64,000 nucleotides of DNA from Octopus bimaculoides (lineage: Eukaryota), in the NCBI RefSeq assembly GCF_001194135.2, contig NC_068989.1, forward strand, positions 29,626,355-29,690,354, in the 5' to 3' direction. Below are positions 11,989 through 23,919 of this stretch, in pieces (the first letter of the stretch is position 1; the number at the start of each line of letters is the position of its first letter). The notes beneath the pieces were generated by a model, which saw only the letters and a list, made by a program, of their open reading frames with translations, was not told the DNA's origin and did not search any database. Made by a program: the position numbers and the translations under genes.

Positions 11989-12264
11989 CTATAAGAAATT
12001 AAAAGAAAACACTGAAATAATAATGTCTAAAAAAATTTAAATTAAAAATTAAGAAAATGGAAATAGTATTAACTTTCAATTTCACATCCAATTATTTATG
12101 TTAACATTTTTCCAATGTACAAATGTTTGCAAACTTGCTGAAGGGCCAATACATTGCCATATATCCAGCACCAAAAATATTGCAGTCTTTCTATAGAAAG
12201 AATTTATTACATGGAAAAACTATGGATCCATGAACATTTCATTATTATTATTGATGTTTATAGT

Positions 12265-12420
12265 AAGGGGTGCAGACATGGTTTCATGGTTTAGAAATTC
12301 ATTTCACAATCATGAAGTTTCAGGCTAAATTTTATTGCATGGCAACTTGGGAAGTATATTTTACTATAACCTCTGATCTACCTAATCCTTGTGTAAGAAC
12401 TTGAATAGATGTAAAGTGTG
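12265..12420 (+). mobile_element. Old tRNA-derived SINE
   Basis: Diverged match to the SINE head at 40300-40450. Confidence 0.5.
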
Positions 12421-13079
12421 AATGCTCTTCAGACAAACTGTACCTGTAATTCAAAAGCTAGCCTTTTGACATGATGTGTCACACAGATTCTGCTAATACA
12501 ATATTTAATGAATAGGGAATTCAATTGATTGAAAAAGATGATCCATTCCCTTTTTTTTTTTTTTCTACTTTCAGTGAAGAATCAATGTGATCCCGATCTG
12601 AAAAGAATGTGCAAATAGTTGAAATCAGCCTCATATTTACCTTAATATTCATTATTGACACAATTTATCAAAAAGAGCAAAAAGTTTTACTTAAAATATT
12701 GTTTCACTGCCATGAGCATTTATTATAGAATGTTTTAATAAAATAATAATAATAATGGTAATTTCTTTTATTTGAAACCAAGGAAACAGATGAGGAGGGG
12801 GACAGTACAAAGAAGGACACAAAGTGTGAGATTTACATGGAACTGAATGATAAAAAAAAATTGTAGAAAATATACACGATATACAGTAAAAACAAAAGAA
12901 AAGAAACATTCATAGTATGCATCAGTAAAGAAAAAAAGGGAGGTAGTGATGTAATCCTCCAGAAATGAGAGGACCTCTACAGCCAATCAAGGAGTCCAAC
13001 TATCAAAGATCTCCTTGACTACCAAGAGCAAGTGCTCTCTCCCATTCTTGTTCTCTGACTCACAGGTCTATACTCAGAG

Positions 13080-14620
13080 TGATGCCATTCACCCTTGTGA
13101 GTTTTGCCACCTACATCCACCTTTCAATAAATTTGCTCAAGGATAGCACCTCTCTCATCACCCACATTTTTCTTTACAAAGGAAATTTGAAAAAGTTGAT
13201 GAGTCTACCAAAGAGGAATGTCTCTGATCTCACCACTTTCAGCCAGACAATTTCTTTTGCCATAACTACCAGACAAAGGAAAATTGCCTTACTTGCCTGA
13301 TTAAGGGATAGTAGTGGGGGTGATAGATGGAACCATCCCACATGCTGGTTGACATAGCCTCACTAGTCAATAATGGTTGGACATTGAACAAGTGTGTGCA
13401 GAATGGTTTCATTGCTCTGCATACATCTCAGATGAGCCTGTCTGACAGCACATCCATGACTGCAGAGTTTATCTTGAACTGGTAGCATCCTTTCGTAGCA
13501 GTGCCAGGTTTCTGGAAATTATCACTGAAAGTCCTTGATTGGAAAGTCCTTCAGAGCAGACTAGATAGTTCATTTATGACGGTGCCCAGAACCTCCAAAT
13601 TTATTGTCACACTTTATTACCAATAAACTTCTACAGATTGCTTAAGTAGAACATCCACTGCAGGTGGAAAGACATGCCTCATGAATGGCGCTCACACATT
13701 CACTGTCTAGGAATCATTGCAGATGGCACAATCTCAACATGTGTCTGCACATCAGCAACCACAGCATGCCTCAGCAACCTTGCAGAGTGCTGGCAACAGA
13801 ATGACCTCTTGACCATTGGAACATATGCCTTTCACAAGAAACTAAATAAGATATTCCAACCTGATCAAGCAGTAACTAGGGCAAGGCATGACAGTCAGGT
13901 GCCCAACCTTTCAGAGACAGCATCCTTTCAGCCCATTTCTGGGTAAGACTGGCCACTCTGTTCATCACCTCATCTCAATTATTAACCACATGGAGGTTGG
14001 AACCAAATCAGATCCCAAGCAGTTTAAATGTTCTGTCAGTTCAGTGCCCCAAAGCACCATCTGACAGCACGGACCTACCTCTCCAAGTACCCAGTTTTGA
14101 GCCTACTGGCTTGTTGGCATTGATTTTGGTCCCTGCCACCATCTCATATTCCTTTAGAATGGTGTTGACCACCTCCACTTTGGAGACATTCAACACCATG
14201 ACAGTAACATCATGTGCATATGCCAACACAGTCTTTCTAGATCCTAGTTTGAAAGGGATGCAGCTCAATTGCTTCAACTTCTGCAGTAATGAATGGCTTG
14301 AGAGTCAGCATGTACAAAAGAGGCAAGAGTAGGCAGCCCTAACACACTGAACATGTGATGTGAAACAGTTCCAGCAGGTGGTCATTTACTTTCATCACTG
14401 AGCAGGTACCACTGTGCATTGCAGCAATCCAACTTCTTAAAATAGTACCAAACCTGGAAGATTTCAAGATGGCTTTCAAGTAACAATGGTCAACTCCACA
14501 GAACACTTTCAATTGATCAAAATTGATCAAAATTGATCAGAGCCCCACCAAAGCCAGCTCTGATCTCAGCCCTCTCAAGAATGTGGGAGGGAGGCCAGCT
14601 TTATGCAAGGAGATGAGGAG
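13080..14620 (-). mobile_element. Tx1/L1-clade LINE remnant
   Basis: VDHCYLKAIL...WIAAMHSG...VND; LAYAHDVTVMV (YADD); GTKINANK...LGTWRG. Confidence 0.75.
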
Positions 14621-15159
14621 ATTACAGTGAATGTGGGTGGAGGGGAGACAGTGCAGGTTCCTGTGAGGGGTCTGCATGACAACTCACATATAGTAAAGGA
14701 AAGTTGGAGAGAGAAAGAGAAAATGAACAGTAGGAGTTACAAGAGATAAGGGCGATGTGGGTGCCCAGGTAAGCCCACAAGGCACAGACAGAGTAGGCAG
14801 ACTGCCAAAATGGGTAGGGTTGAGGGGTAAATGTAACAAGAGCCATGAACTGAGGATGCAGAAAAGTGGGGTGGCAAGCAGTAGGAGCAGTAAAAATGAT
14901 ATAATCACTGGGAGGGAGGACAAGAGAGAATTATAACATGGTTGGGTAATCTGTGGGAGCTGGGGGGAAGGAGGAAAAGACAGGTACAATACATGAGGTG
15001 GGAGAAAGTCACAGTAATGAGTGGAGAACTGGAAACAGAACTTACAGAACTCAATTTCACTGAGCAGGGCAAGTCTTTTCAAGAACCTCATATTACCAGA
15101 GGTCTTTTGCCATGTCATCTTTCACCACTTCATCAAATGTCTTCCTCTTCTGCAAGTTC

Positions 15160-15830
15160 CAGCTACATTAAGTGAATGGCACTTTTTTTATACAGCTATT
15201 CTCATCCATATGCATCACATGCCCACACCAGTGCAGTCTTCTTTCTTGAATGCAACATCTGATTACTTTTCTACACAGTTTTTTTTTTCACTCAGCTTCT
15301 TTGTATTGATTTTTTAACATATTCATACTGCGCAACCAATGCAGCATGCTAAAGGACCATACCTCACCACCATGCAATACAAGCTTCTAACACAAGCATC
15401 ATACAATCTGCCCTTCACTCTTAGGGAAAAGATCTTCATTGTTAAAACCAGTTTCTATTCTACCAACTATACTTTCAGAGCAACCACTTCCCTTGCTTAA
15501 TTTGTCACTTGGGTAATGAAAGCAATCAACTACTTCTAGTGAGCCATCTGAGCATTTAAGAGAATCATTAATGTACTGACCAACATGTTTGTTGAAATCA
15601 TCAGCAGCATTAATGAAATCGCTGCCACTCATTGTTGAGGCAGTCTGCAGAAGAGTCTCATACAAGCAATCTTTTTTTCTTCTGGCAGTACACCTGTGGG
15701 ACGATTAGTCCTAGCATAATTATTCTATCACATAAACTGACTACCTCTATTATCTGTCCATCTCACAGCTAACAGTACACCTACTACACCCTTTCCATCA
15801 CTATTGCTCACCCCAAAGATTTTGAACTAC
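15160..15830 (-). mobile_element. RTE LINE fragment
   Basis: LEVVDCFHY...GCSESIVGRIETG matches the 29834-30097 ORF. Confidence 0.7.
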
Positions 15831-15967
15831 TGTCTTTAACCCATGAAGAATTCCGCTGAAGATCCCTTCCATCTTAACTCTTGCACACAAGACACATTGA
15901 CTGCGCCAGCATCTTTGCAATCTCACAAGACCTACCTTTCAAGACCTACCACACAGCCACTCCTGCA

Positions 15968-16016
<49 letters not shown>

Positions 16017-16378
16017 NNNNNNNNNNNNNNNNNNNNNNNNNNNNNNNNNNNNNNNNNNNNNNNNNNNNNNNNNNNNNNNNNNNNNNNNNNNNNNNNNNNN
16101 NNNNNNNNNNNNNNNNNNNNNNNNNNNNNNNNNNNNNNNNNNNNNNNNNNNNNNNNNNNNNNNNNNNNNNNNNNNNNNNNNNNNNNNNNNNNNNNNNNNN
16201 NNNNNNNNNNNNNNNNNNNNNNNNNNNNNNNNNNNNNNNNNNNNNNNNNNNNNNNNNNNNNNNNNNNNNNNNNNNNNNNNNNNNNNNNNNNNNNNNNNNN
16301 NNNNNNNNNNNNNNNNNNNNNNNNNNNNNNNNNNNNNNNNNNNNNNNNNNNNNNNNNNNNNNNNNNNNNNNNNNNNNN

Positions 16379-16410
<32 letters not shown>

Positions 16411-16557
16411 GATGAGCACTTTTCAGTTTCCATCTACCAAATCCACTCACAAAGCTTTGGTCGGCCTGAGGCTACAGTAGAAGACACTTGTACAAAGGTG
16501 CCACACAGTGGGACTGAACCTGGAACCATGTCGTTGGTAAGCAAGCTACTTATCACA
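16411..16557 (-). mobile_element. tRNA-derived SINE head
   Basis: RC reads tgtgataagtagcttgctt...ggttccaggttcagtcccactgtgtggcacc...gtgagtggatttggtag; recurs at 40300 and 63950. Confidence 0.8.
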
Positions 16558-16624
16558 TATTATATTTATATATATACATATATATAGTATGCATACATAT
16601 AAATTATATATATCTTGTATTAAA

Positions 16625-17870
16625 ACAGCTGCTGAATGACTCAAGTGTGGATATGATATATCTTGACTTTGCAAAAGCCTTTGCTAAAGTGGTCCATGGT
16701 ATGATATGTCACAAACTGTGTGATCTTGGTATATGCGGAAAACTTGGAGAATGGCTACACAACTTTCAAAGGGTAGATGTCAGGCAGTCGTGGCCAATGG
16801 GGCCACCTCCAAGGAAACACAAATAGCAAGTGGTATTCCACAGGGCACTGTTTTGGGGCCACTGTTGATCATAGTGGCCCTCTCAGACATGCTCTCGGCT
16901 GCTCAGAAAGCCACCCTTGCTAGCTATGCAGGTGACACAAAAATCTCTCAGACAATACAAAATCTGCAACGAGAGTTGGATGTAATATACAGGTGGGTTG
17001 AGGATAACAACATGCAGTTTAATGCAGGAAAATTTGAGGCCCTATGCTACCAGCACACAAAGCTAAATGACATGCAGCCAGGATACACAGGCCCAGGAGG
17101 AAGTGAAATCCCTGAATCAAAATCAGTGCACGACCTGGGCACTGACATGAGCAATGCTGCATCTTTCCAAGTGCATATTATCAATTTGGTAATAAAATGC
17201 AGGCGGCTGACTGGCTGGATCCTTCAAACTTTCAAAACAAGAGAAAAGGAGACATTGATGATCCTCTGGAGGACATACATTCTCAGCCGCTTACACTATT
17301 GCCCACAACTATGGTCACCACACAATAAAAAAGCCATGGCGGAAATCTAAGCAATCCAACAAAGCTACACAAAGAAAATTGTCTCGATGCAAAGTATCAG
17401 CTACTGGGAAAGACTGAAAGAATTAAAACACTTCTCCCTGGAACAAAGGCGGGAGAGATATGCAGTGATATACATCTGGGAAATCCTAGAAGGCCTTGTA
17501 CCAAACTTTGGCATTGAAAGTCACTCAAACTGCAGAACAGGGTGCCACTGCATAGTGCAAAAGATCCCAGCTTCGCCTTCAATATACAGGACCAGGTACT
17601 TGCTTTAAGGACCCACAGCTCTTTAATATCCTTCCAAAATGCCTGAGAGACCTGCATCGTGTGGATGTAAGTGTCTTTGAAACAAAACTGGATCTCTTCC
17701 TGTTACAGGTTCCAGACGAGCCTACCTCATGGCAGGAAACACAGATGGGGGCAGCAGCATCAAACTCCCTCATTGACTAAATGTCACATATCAGAGGAGG
17801 TTTCAAATAATGGCGTAGCTCAGTCAATGGTGGTGCACCAGCATGACCACAGCTTTGGAGCAGAAACATT
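16625..17870 (+). mobile_element. CR1/L2-group LINE RT and 3' end (degraded)
   Basis: YLDFAKAFAKVVH, SGIPQGTVLGPLL, SYAGDTKI, LHYCPQLWSP, YWERLKEL...SLEQRRER. Confidence 0.85.
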
Positions 17871-18729
17871 TTAAAATAGATATATAAACACATATATACA
17901 TACATATATGCAATATATATATATTATATTTATCTTATGATATTTACTTTACTTTATATTATACTCATTTATTGTGCTTTTAATTATTAATTTTTCTATA
18001 TGTGATAGTGGATTTTCATCGATGAGTTCTTGATAATTGGTTATTTTCCCTAAAACTATATATTTTATATATACTTTATCTATAAGGCTCAATTTAATTT
18101 TAATTTTTTATAAATTGATTTTAATTGAGTTTTTTGCCTGTAATTTTGGATTTTGTCCCTAATATTATTATTATTATNNNNNNNNNNNNNNNNNNNNNNN
18201 NNNNNNNNNNNNNNNNNNNNNNNNNNNNNNNNNNNNNNNNNNNNNNNNNNNNNNNNNNNNNNNNNNNNNNNNNNNNNNNNNNNNNNNNNNNNNNNNNNNN
18301 NNNNNNNNNNNNNNNNNNNNNNNNNNNNNNNNNNNNNNNNNNNNNNNNNNNNNNNNNNNNNNNNNNNNNNNNNNNNNNNNNNNNNNNNNNNNNNNNNNNN
18401 NNNNNNNNNNNNNNNNNNNNNNNNNNNNNNNNNNNNNNNNNNNNNNNNNNNNNNNNNNNNNNNNNNNNNNNNNNNNNNNNTAAATCTCTGAACAAGGTAT
18501 TAACAGTGACTGCACGACAAAGTGAAGTATATTTGCCACTTAAATGTGGCTGACCCCTAAGGGTGGATGTTACTGTTGCTTTTAGCCCCAGGAGAACATC
18601 TCCCCCAGCTGGCTATAGACACACATCTGTGTCCTGTCTGTATTTGCAAAGGGAAGTCATCCTTCCCATCTTTCAAGATCCCATTTTTCGAGATCAGTGA
18701 ATAATTTCACTGGAAAAAATTGCAACAAC

Positions 18730-19255
18730 TACGCTCAAATGTTTTGCTCACGATCCACCAGCACAAGTGCCAGTAAGGCGACGCTGGTAACGATCACGCT
18801 CAAATGGTAATTTTTACGTGCCGCCGGCACGGAAGCCAGACAGCTACTCTGGCAGTGATTCTGCTCGGATGGTGCCGTTAGCACTCCACTGGCACGGGTG
18901 CCAGTCATCAAATATGGTTCAGTTTCGATTTCACTTGCCCCAATAGGTCTTCGCAAGCAGAGTTTAGAGTCCAATGAAAGAAGGTTGGCATGGGTGCCAG
19001 TCGTCGAATTTGGTTCGCCTTCGAATTCGATTTTACTTGCTTCAACAGGTCTTCGCAAGCAGGGTTTTGTGTGCAAAGAAGGAAAGGTACGCATAAGTGG
19101 GCTGGATGAATCCCTGGTAAAGGCGATGGGTTATGGTCTCACTTGTCTTGCCGGGTCTTCTCATGCACAGCATATTTCCAAAGGTCTTGGTCACTAGTCA
19201 TTGCTTCGGTGAGGCCTAATGTTCAAAGGTTGTGCTTCACCACCTCATCCCAGGT
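18730..19255 (-). mobile_element. RTE 3' UTR fragment (tandem subunits)
   Basis: Same orientation and sequence class as 29280-29640; reverse complement of 19258-19600. Confidence 0.7.
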
Positions 19256-19257
19256 CT

Positions 19258-19820
19258 TCATTTGACACTAAACTCCGCTTACGAAGACCTGTTGAGGCAA
19301 GTGAAATCAAAATCGAACTAAATTTGACGACTGGCACCCATGCCAATGTCTCTTTCATTGAACACTAAACTTGTCTTGCGAAGACCTGTTGGGGCAAGCG
19401 AAAGTGAAATCGTAATGGCACCTGTACCAGTGGAGCGCTAAGAGCACCGTTCGAGTGTGATCGTTGCCAGAGCAGCTGCCTGGTCTCCATGCCGGTGGCA
19501 CGTAAATAGCACCATTTGAGCATGATCGTTACCAGCGTCGCCAGTGCTGCTGGACTGGCTCCTGTGCAGGTGGCACGTAAAATACACCATTTTGAGTGTG
19601 GCCATTGCCAGTACCGCCTGACTGGCTTTCATGCCGGTGGCCAGTGAAAGCACCCACAACACTCTCGGTGTGGTTGGCGTTAGGAAGGGCATCCAGGTGT
19701 AGAAACTCTGCCAAATCAGATTGGAGCCTAGTGTAGCCACTTGGCTCACCAGTCCTCAGTCAAATCGTCCAACCCATGCTAGCATGGAAGGCGGACGTTA
19801 AACAATGATGATGATGATGT
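19258..19820 (+). mobile_element. RTE 3' end with Ceph-like conserved block and (GAT)n tail
   Basis: About 50-bp subunits, TGGTTGGCGTTAGGAAGGGCATCCAG block, ends catgctagcatggaaggcggacgttaaacaatgatgatgatgat. Confidence 0.75.
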
Positions 19821-21565
19821 ANNNNNNNNNNNNNNNNNNNNNNNNNNNNNNNNATATATATATATATATATATAAGTGAATTTTCTTGACGCTACCTTCT
19901 GTCTTGATACTGGATTATTTGAACCATTTCATAAACCAAATTATTATATTAAGTACATTAACGTAGCATCCAGCCATCCACCCTCAATTATACGGGGACT
20001 AGTTAAGAATATTTCTCCTAGAATTTCTAGATTATCTGCTACCAGTAAAATTTTCAAATCACATGCATAGAATTCAATATTTACAAGATGCAGGCTTAAT
20101 CAACACTGGTAATACCTACAACTGCAATGCACACTGTATACCAACACAATGTTACCGTTTGAAAAATCACTCGGATAAAGAATACAGGCCAGAAAGAATT
20201 GGTCTTGTCAATGATCTACGAAAGAAAACTCAAAGACACATGTGACATAATAATTCATCTGCTTGTTCCAATCCTGTACAACATACTAGATCAAATAAAC
20301 CTAACAACAGATAGAGGAATCAGGATGTTCTCTGGTTCAACCCAATTTTCTGTTTGCATGTTTAAACCAGGATCGCTGGAAAATTTTTGCTACTTTGGAC
20401 AAGTGTTTTCCTAAATCCAATTGGTATCATGCTATTTTTAATTGCCATGGCGTGAAGGTATCCTATGCTAACACTGCTAATTTGGAGCAGCTTATGCATC
20501 ACATAAACAATAGCAAAATGCGACAAAGGTTCAATAACCCACCTACTTAATCTAGCAAGCATTTACATCTAAATGCCAACAAAGAAGATGTAAACTAAAT
20601 TGATAATCATCAACTTCAACTAATTTGTAGTAGTAGAAATACTCATGGTACAGCTAGCACAACAACAACATTAGTAAATGGAGTCAAGACTGCCTTATAT
20701 ACAAATAAAAATGGTAAATGCTCATGCAGAGATAAATCAAAATGTCCTTTGATGAATCTCTGTATGAGTACAAATCTTGTATACAAATGTACTGTGCACA
20801 CAAGGGGAGGGCCCTATGTTTACATTGGGCAGATGGCTGATTCATTTAAGAAACGTTATCAGAATCATGTTGCCAGCTTTAGATCAATCAATAAGAGACA
20901 TTCGATATCTTTGGCGGATTTTATATGGCAACTGAAGGAAGCTAATACGAAATACTAAATTACTTGGTCCTTAGTTAGACATGCAAAACCATACAGTGTA
21001 ATTTCCAGGAGATGCCGTCTCTGCTCCAAGGTATCCCTGTCTATTCTGTGGACTAATGGAAAGATACTTAATAGAATTTCTGAAAGACTATTGAGATGCC
21101 TACAAGCGTATAAATGTACTTTCGCACAATGCAGTGAGAATGAATTTTGAGTAACCATTAACTTAGTGTAATTTTATTTTACTTTAAGGTATGGATGAGT
21201 TAAATTTACTTTTAACCTTCCCGTTCTTCTCAACACTTACTAAATAACTAACTCACTTTGTAATCAGGAGTGCACATAACTTCGTGTGTACGTATGCTCA
21301 CTTTTTTGCTAATGCTCGTATGAGCAAGTGTACTCGTGCCATGCAGCTTGCCCAAGGGCATTTATACAACCATATCTGTTAACTGTTATTTTCAATACTT
21401 TTCTTGTTGGATTAAGTGTTCATTTCTCTTTTTGTCTTCTACAATTTTATTTTTGGATGTTCTATATATATGAAGAATTTTCCTCTGTCTGGCTGTTTTT
21501 CTCTCTACAAAACAGAAAGTTGCATTGTGGAACAGTCATTTTAATGAGTTTTTTTTATTTATCTA

Positions 21566-23396
21566 CTAGCAGTATAACCCGACCATCTCTGGGTGTGACT
21601 TATTACGCCATCTACGATAAGTCTTGCTAGGTGAAAATCAACTAAAAAAGAAAGCCTTACAACGAAAAAACCCTTATGATGTAAATATGTTCATAATTCA
21701 AAAGACGATGAAATTAATAGGGAAAGTCTGAAGGCTGTTTTGCATAAAATTATTAAGCATACATAAATTTCATCCATCTAATTGGCTATAGAAATGCTTG
21801 TGCAAAACAACTTTTTGCGCTACCCTGATTATACATAGCAGGGTAATCCCTTTTCGCAGGAGCTAGGACGGCAATTTGAGATGAAGCAATTGCTGGCGAT
21901 CTGTTGCTACACAATTTTGCCAGAATTCTATCAGATTGGGCAGAAGATGTTGATGCACCATTTTGCATTATGCTCAAAGTAGCTTCTGGAATGTGGTGAA
22001 TTGCTGCAGTCTGTTGCTGTCATTTTAAACTGGTTGCTGTCTTTCCCCAGCAAACTCTCTTTGGAGGCATAAACAGAACAAAAGTTATAATAGATGGCAG
22101 GGTCAGTAATTTTTCAGATTAACACCCGCACGATTACCCAACCCTAATCCTAAACCTAATCCTAACACTAACACTAAACTCTAACCCTAACCCTGACCCT
22201 AAAACCGTAACCGTAACCCTAAACCTGACTCTAAAACCGTAACCGTAACACTAATCCTAACCGTAACCCTAAACCCTAACCCTGACCCTAAAACCCTAAC
22301 CCCCTAGTGAAAATCATGGTATATTTACAAAACATGGATGAACATGAGTTATATTTTACTGAATGATTGTGTACTTGCACGTGTATGCGTTTGAGAGAGC
22401 GAGAGAGGGGGAGAAAAGAATAGAGGTAGTTAAAAGTTTTCTTATGATGGCTTCTCTTCACTGCCTATTACTTCATTAAAAATCTACGGATGCACATAAG
22501 CACATAATAGAGAAAAATGAAACAAATATGGACAACTTGCTCTGAAACACCACCGAGTGGGGAACACTTCTCAAAAATAACCTCCAGTTGTTTCCTTCAA
22601 AATTCCTACATGCTTGAAATGTACATACATCAAGGTATATTTGTAGAAAATTTCACGAAAAAATATTCATTTTCCTGGAAGTTAAGAGGAATTTAAGTGG
22701 AATTTCCGAAAATTGTCCCCCACCCCCCTCACAAAATACTTTCACCGAAAATGTTTGTATATTCGGAATCTACATAATAAATAATATATGCATAAAAAAT
22801 TTCATTAAAAAATATTCATTTTTCTGACAGTTATGACCTTCCAAATGCGGGGGGTTATGCCACATTGACGAATATGAGTTATATTTTTGTGAATGATTGT
22901 GTTTACTTGCACGTGTATGCGTTTGAGAGAGCGAGAGGAAGAGGGGGAGAAATGAATAGAGAATGAGAGCAATGTGTATGTTGTTGTCACAGATTACGTA
23001 TGTGTGGTTGTGTGTGTTTTTACGTAACAATGTTATGAAAAATAGGTAAAGAATACTGAGAGGAAAGTTTAATCTATGACTTTGTATGTATCACTTTCTC
23101 TCTCTCTCTACCTCTTTTACTCTTACTCTCTATATTATATGTTGAGCGCTTGTGTAAGAACGCCGTTCCAGGTAGAAGGGAAGAAATATAAAAGTTGTAA
23201 GAAACAACAGCCAAATCTCCCTTAAATCACACAAAGTAAGCGGAATTTTAAAAAATCTAATTACTGCACTGGAAAGTTGACATCGAGAAAATTCCATTCA
23301 TGTAAAAATTTTTACGAAAAAGTGGAAAATGTGGATTTCTATACACTTTTAAAAAGGCTTCACACAGACACACAACTTCAGCTTTATATATTAAGA
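21566..23396 (-). mobile_element. Non-autonomous Helitron with both termini
   Basis: 5' TCTTAATATATAAAG at 23396; 3' hairpin ACCCAGAG-ATG-GTCGGGT then ...CTAG at 21566; inserted precisely in an A|T target (a21565/t23397). Confidence 0.85.
22138..22303. repeat. Degenerate telomere-like (CCCTAA)n array
   Basis: Mixed CCCTAA/CCGTAA/CCTAAA/CCCTGA units inside the Helitron. Confidence 0.85.
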
Positions 23397-23500
23397 TCAC
23401 CTGACGAGATACGTCTGCACCACCGGATACTCCTGAACCAGTTGTTGAGTGTCCCACAAGAGGAATCAATGCTAGATGTGTCGAAACAATTGTTCTGATT
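23397..23500 (+). ncRNA. Type I hammerhead with long extended stem II
   Basis: TCAC-CTGACGA-GATACGTCTG...GGATACTC/GAGTGTCC...TAGATGTGTC-GAAAC-AATT-GTT-CTGAT; palindromic stem III ACAATTGT; C.C mismatch next to the cleavage site. Confidence 0.7.
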
Positions 23501-23604
23501 TATAATATATTCTTGTATATTCCATCTTCTGTCTTTCATTTGTTATATACATACACACACACACACACACACACATATACATTTATATATACATACATAC
23601 ATAC

Positions 23605-23645
<41 letters not shown>

Positions 23646-23824
23646 NNNNNNNNNNNNNNNNNNNNNNNNNNNNNNNNNNNNNNNNNNNNNNNNATACAGA
23701 TATAGGGCAGAGAATCGTCAATTAGTAATAAATTTGTAGTTTGGAATCAGTAGTTCTTTGACTGCTATTTCTAAATTTTCAGTATGTTGGAGAACCAACT
23801 CATGCTAATCCCTGTATATTTATG

Positions 23825-23862
<38 letters not shown>

Positions 23863-23919
23863 TACATACATATATATATACATACATATATATACTGATA
23901 TATATTATATTACATTATA

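Larger units (their letters stand above)
19876..23540 (+). mobile_element. Penelope-like element (Naiad-like) 3' half, split by a Helitron at 21566-23396
   Basis: RT thumb FHKPNYYIKYINVASSHPPSII; WFNP; Cys-rich linker CRDKSKCPLMNLC; YVYIGQ...FKKRYQNH; RCRLC...ILNRISE; UTR resumes at 23397 with an HHR. Confidence 0.8.

Noticed and set aside
21300-21335. GCTC-GTAT-GAGC hairpin as an HHR remnant
   Set aside because: Neither CUGANGA nor GAAAC is present.
21786-21977. ORF ILAKLCSNRSPAIASSQIAVLA as a captured host gene
   Set aside because: More likely a decayed Helitron helicase motif (LLAKxRS...AVASSGIAA); too short to call.
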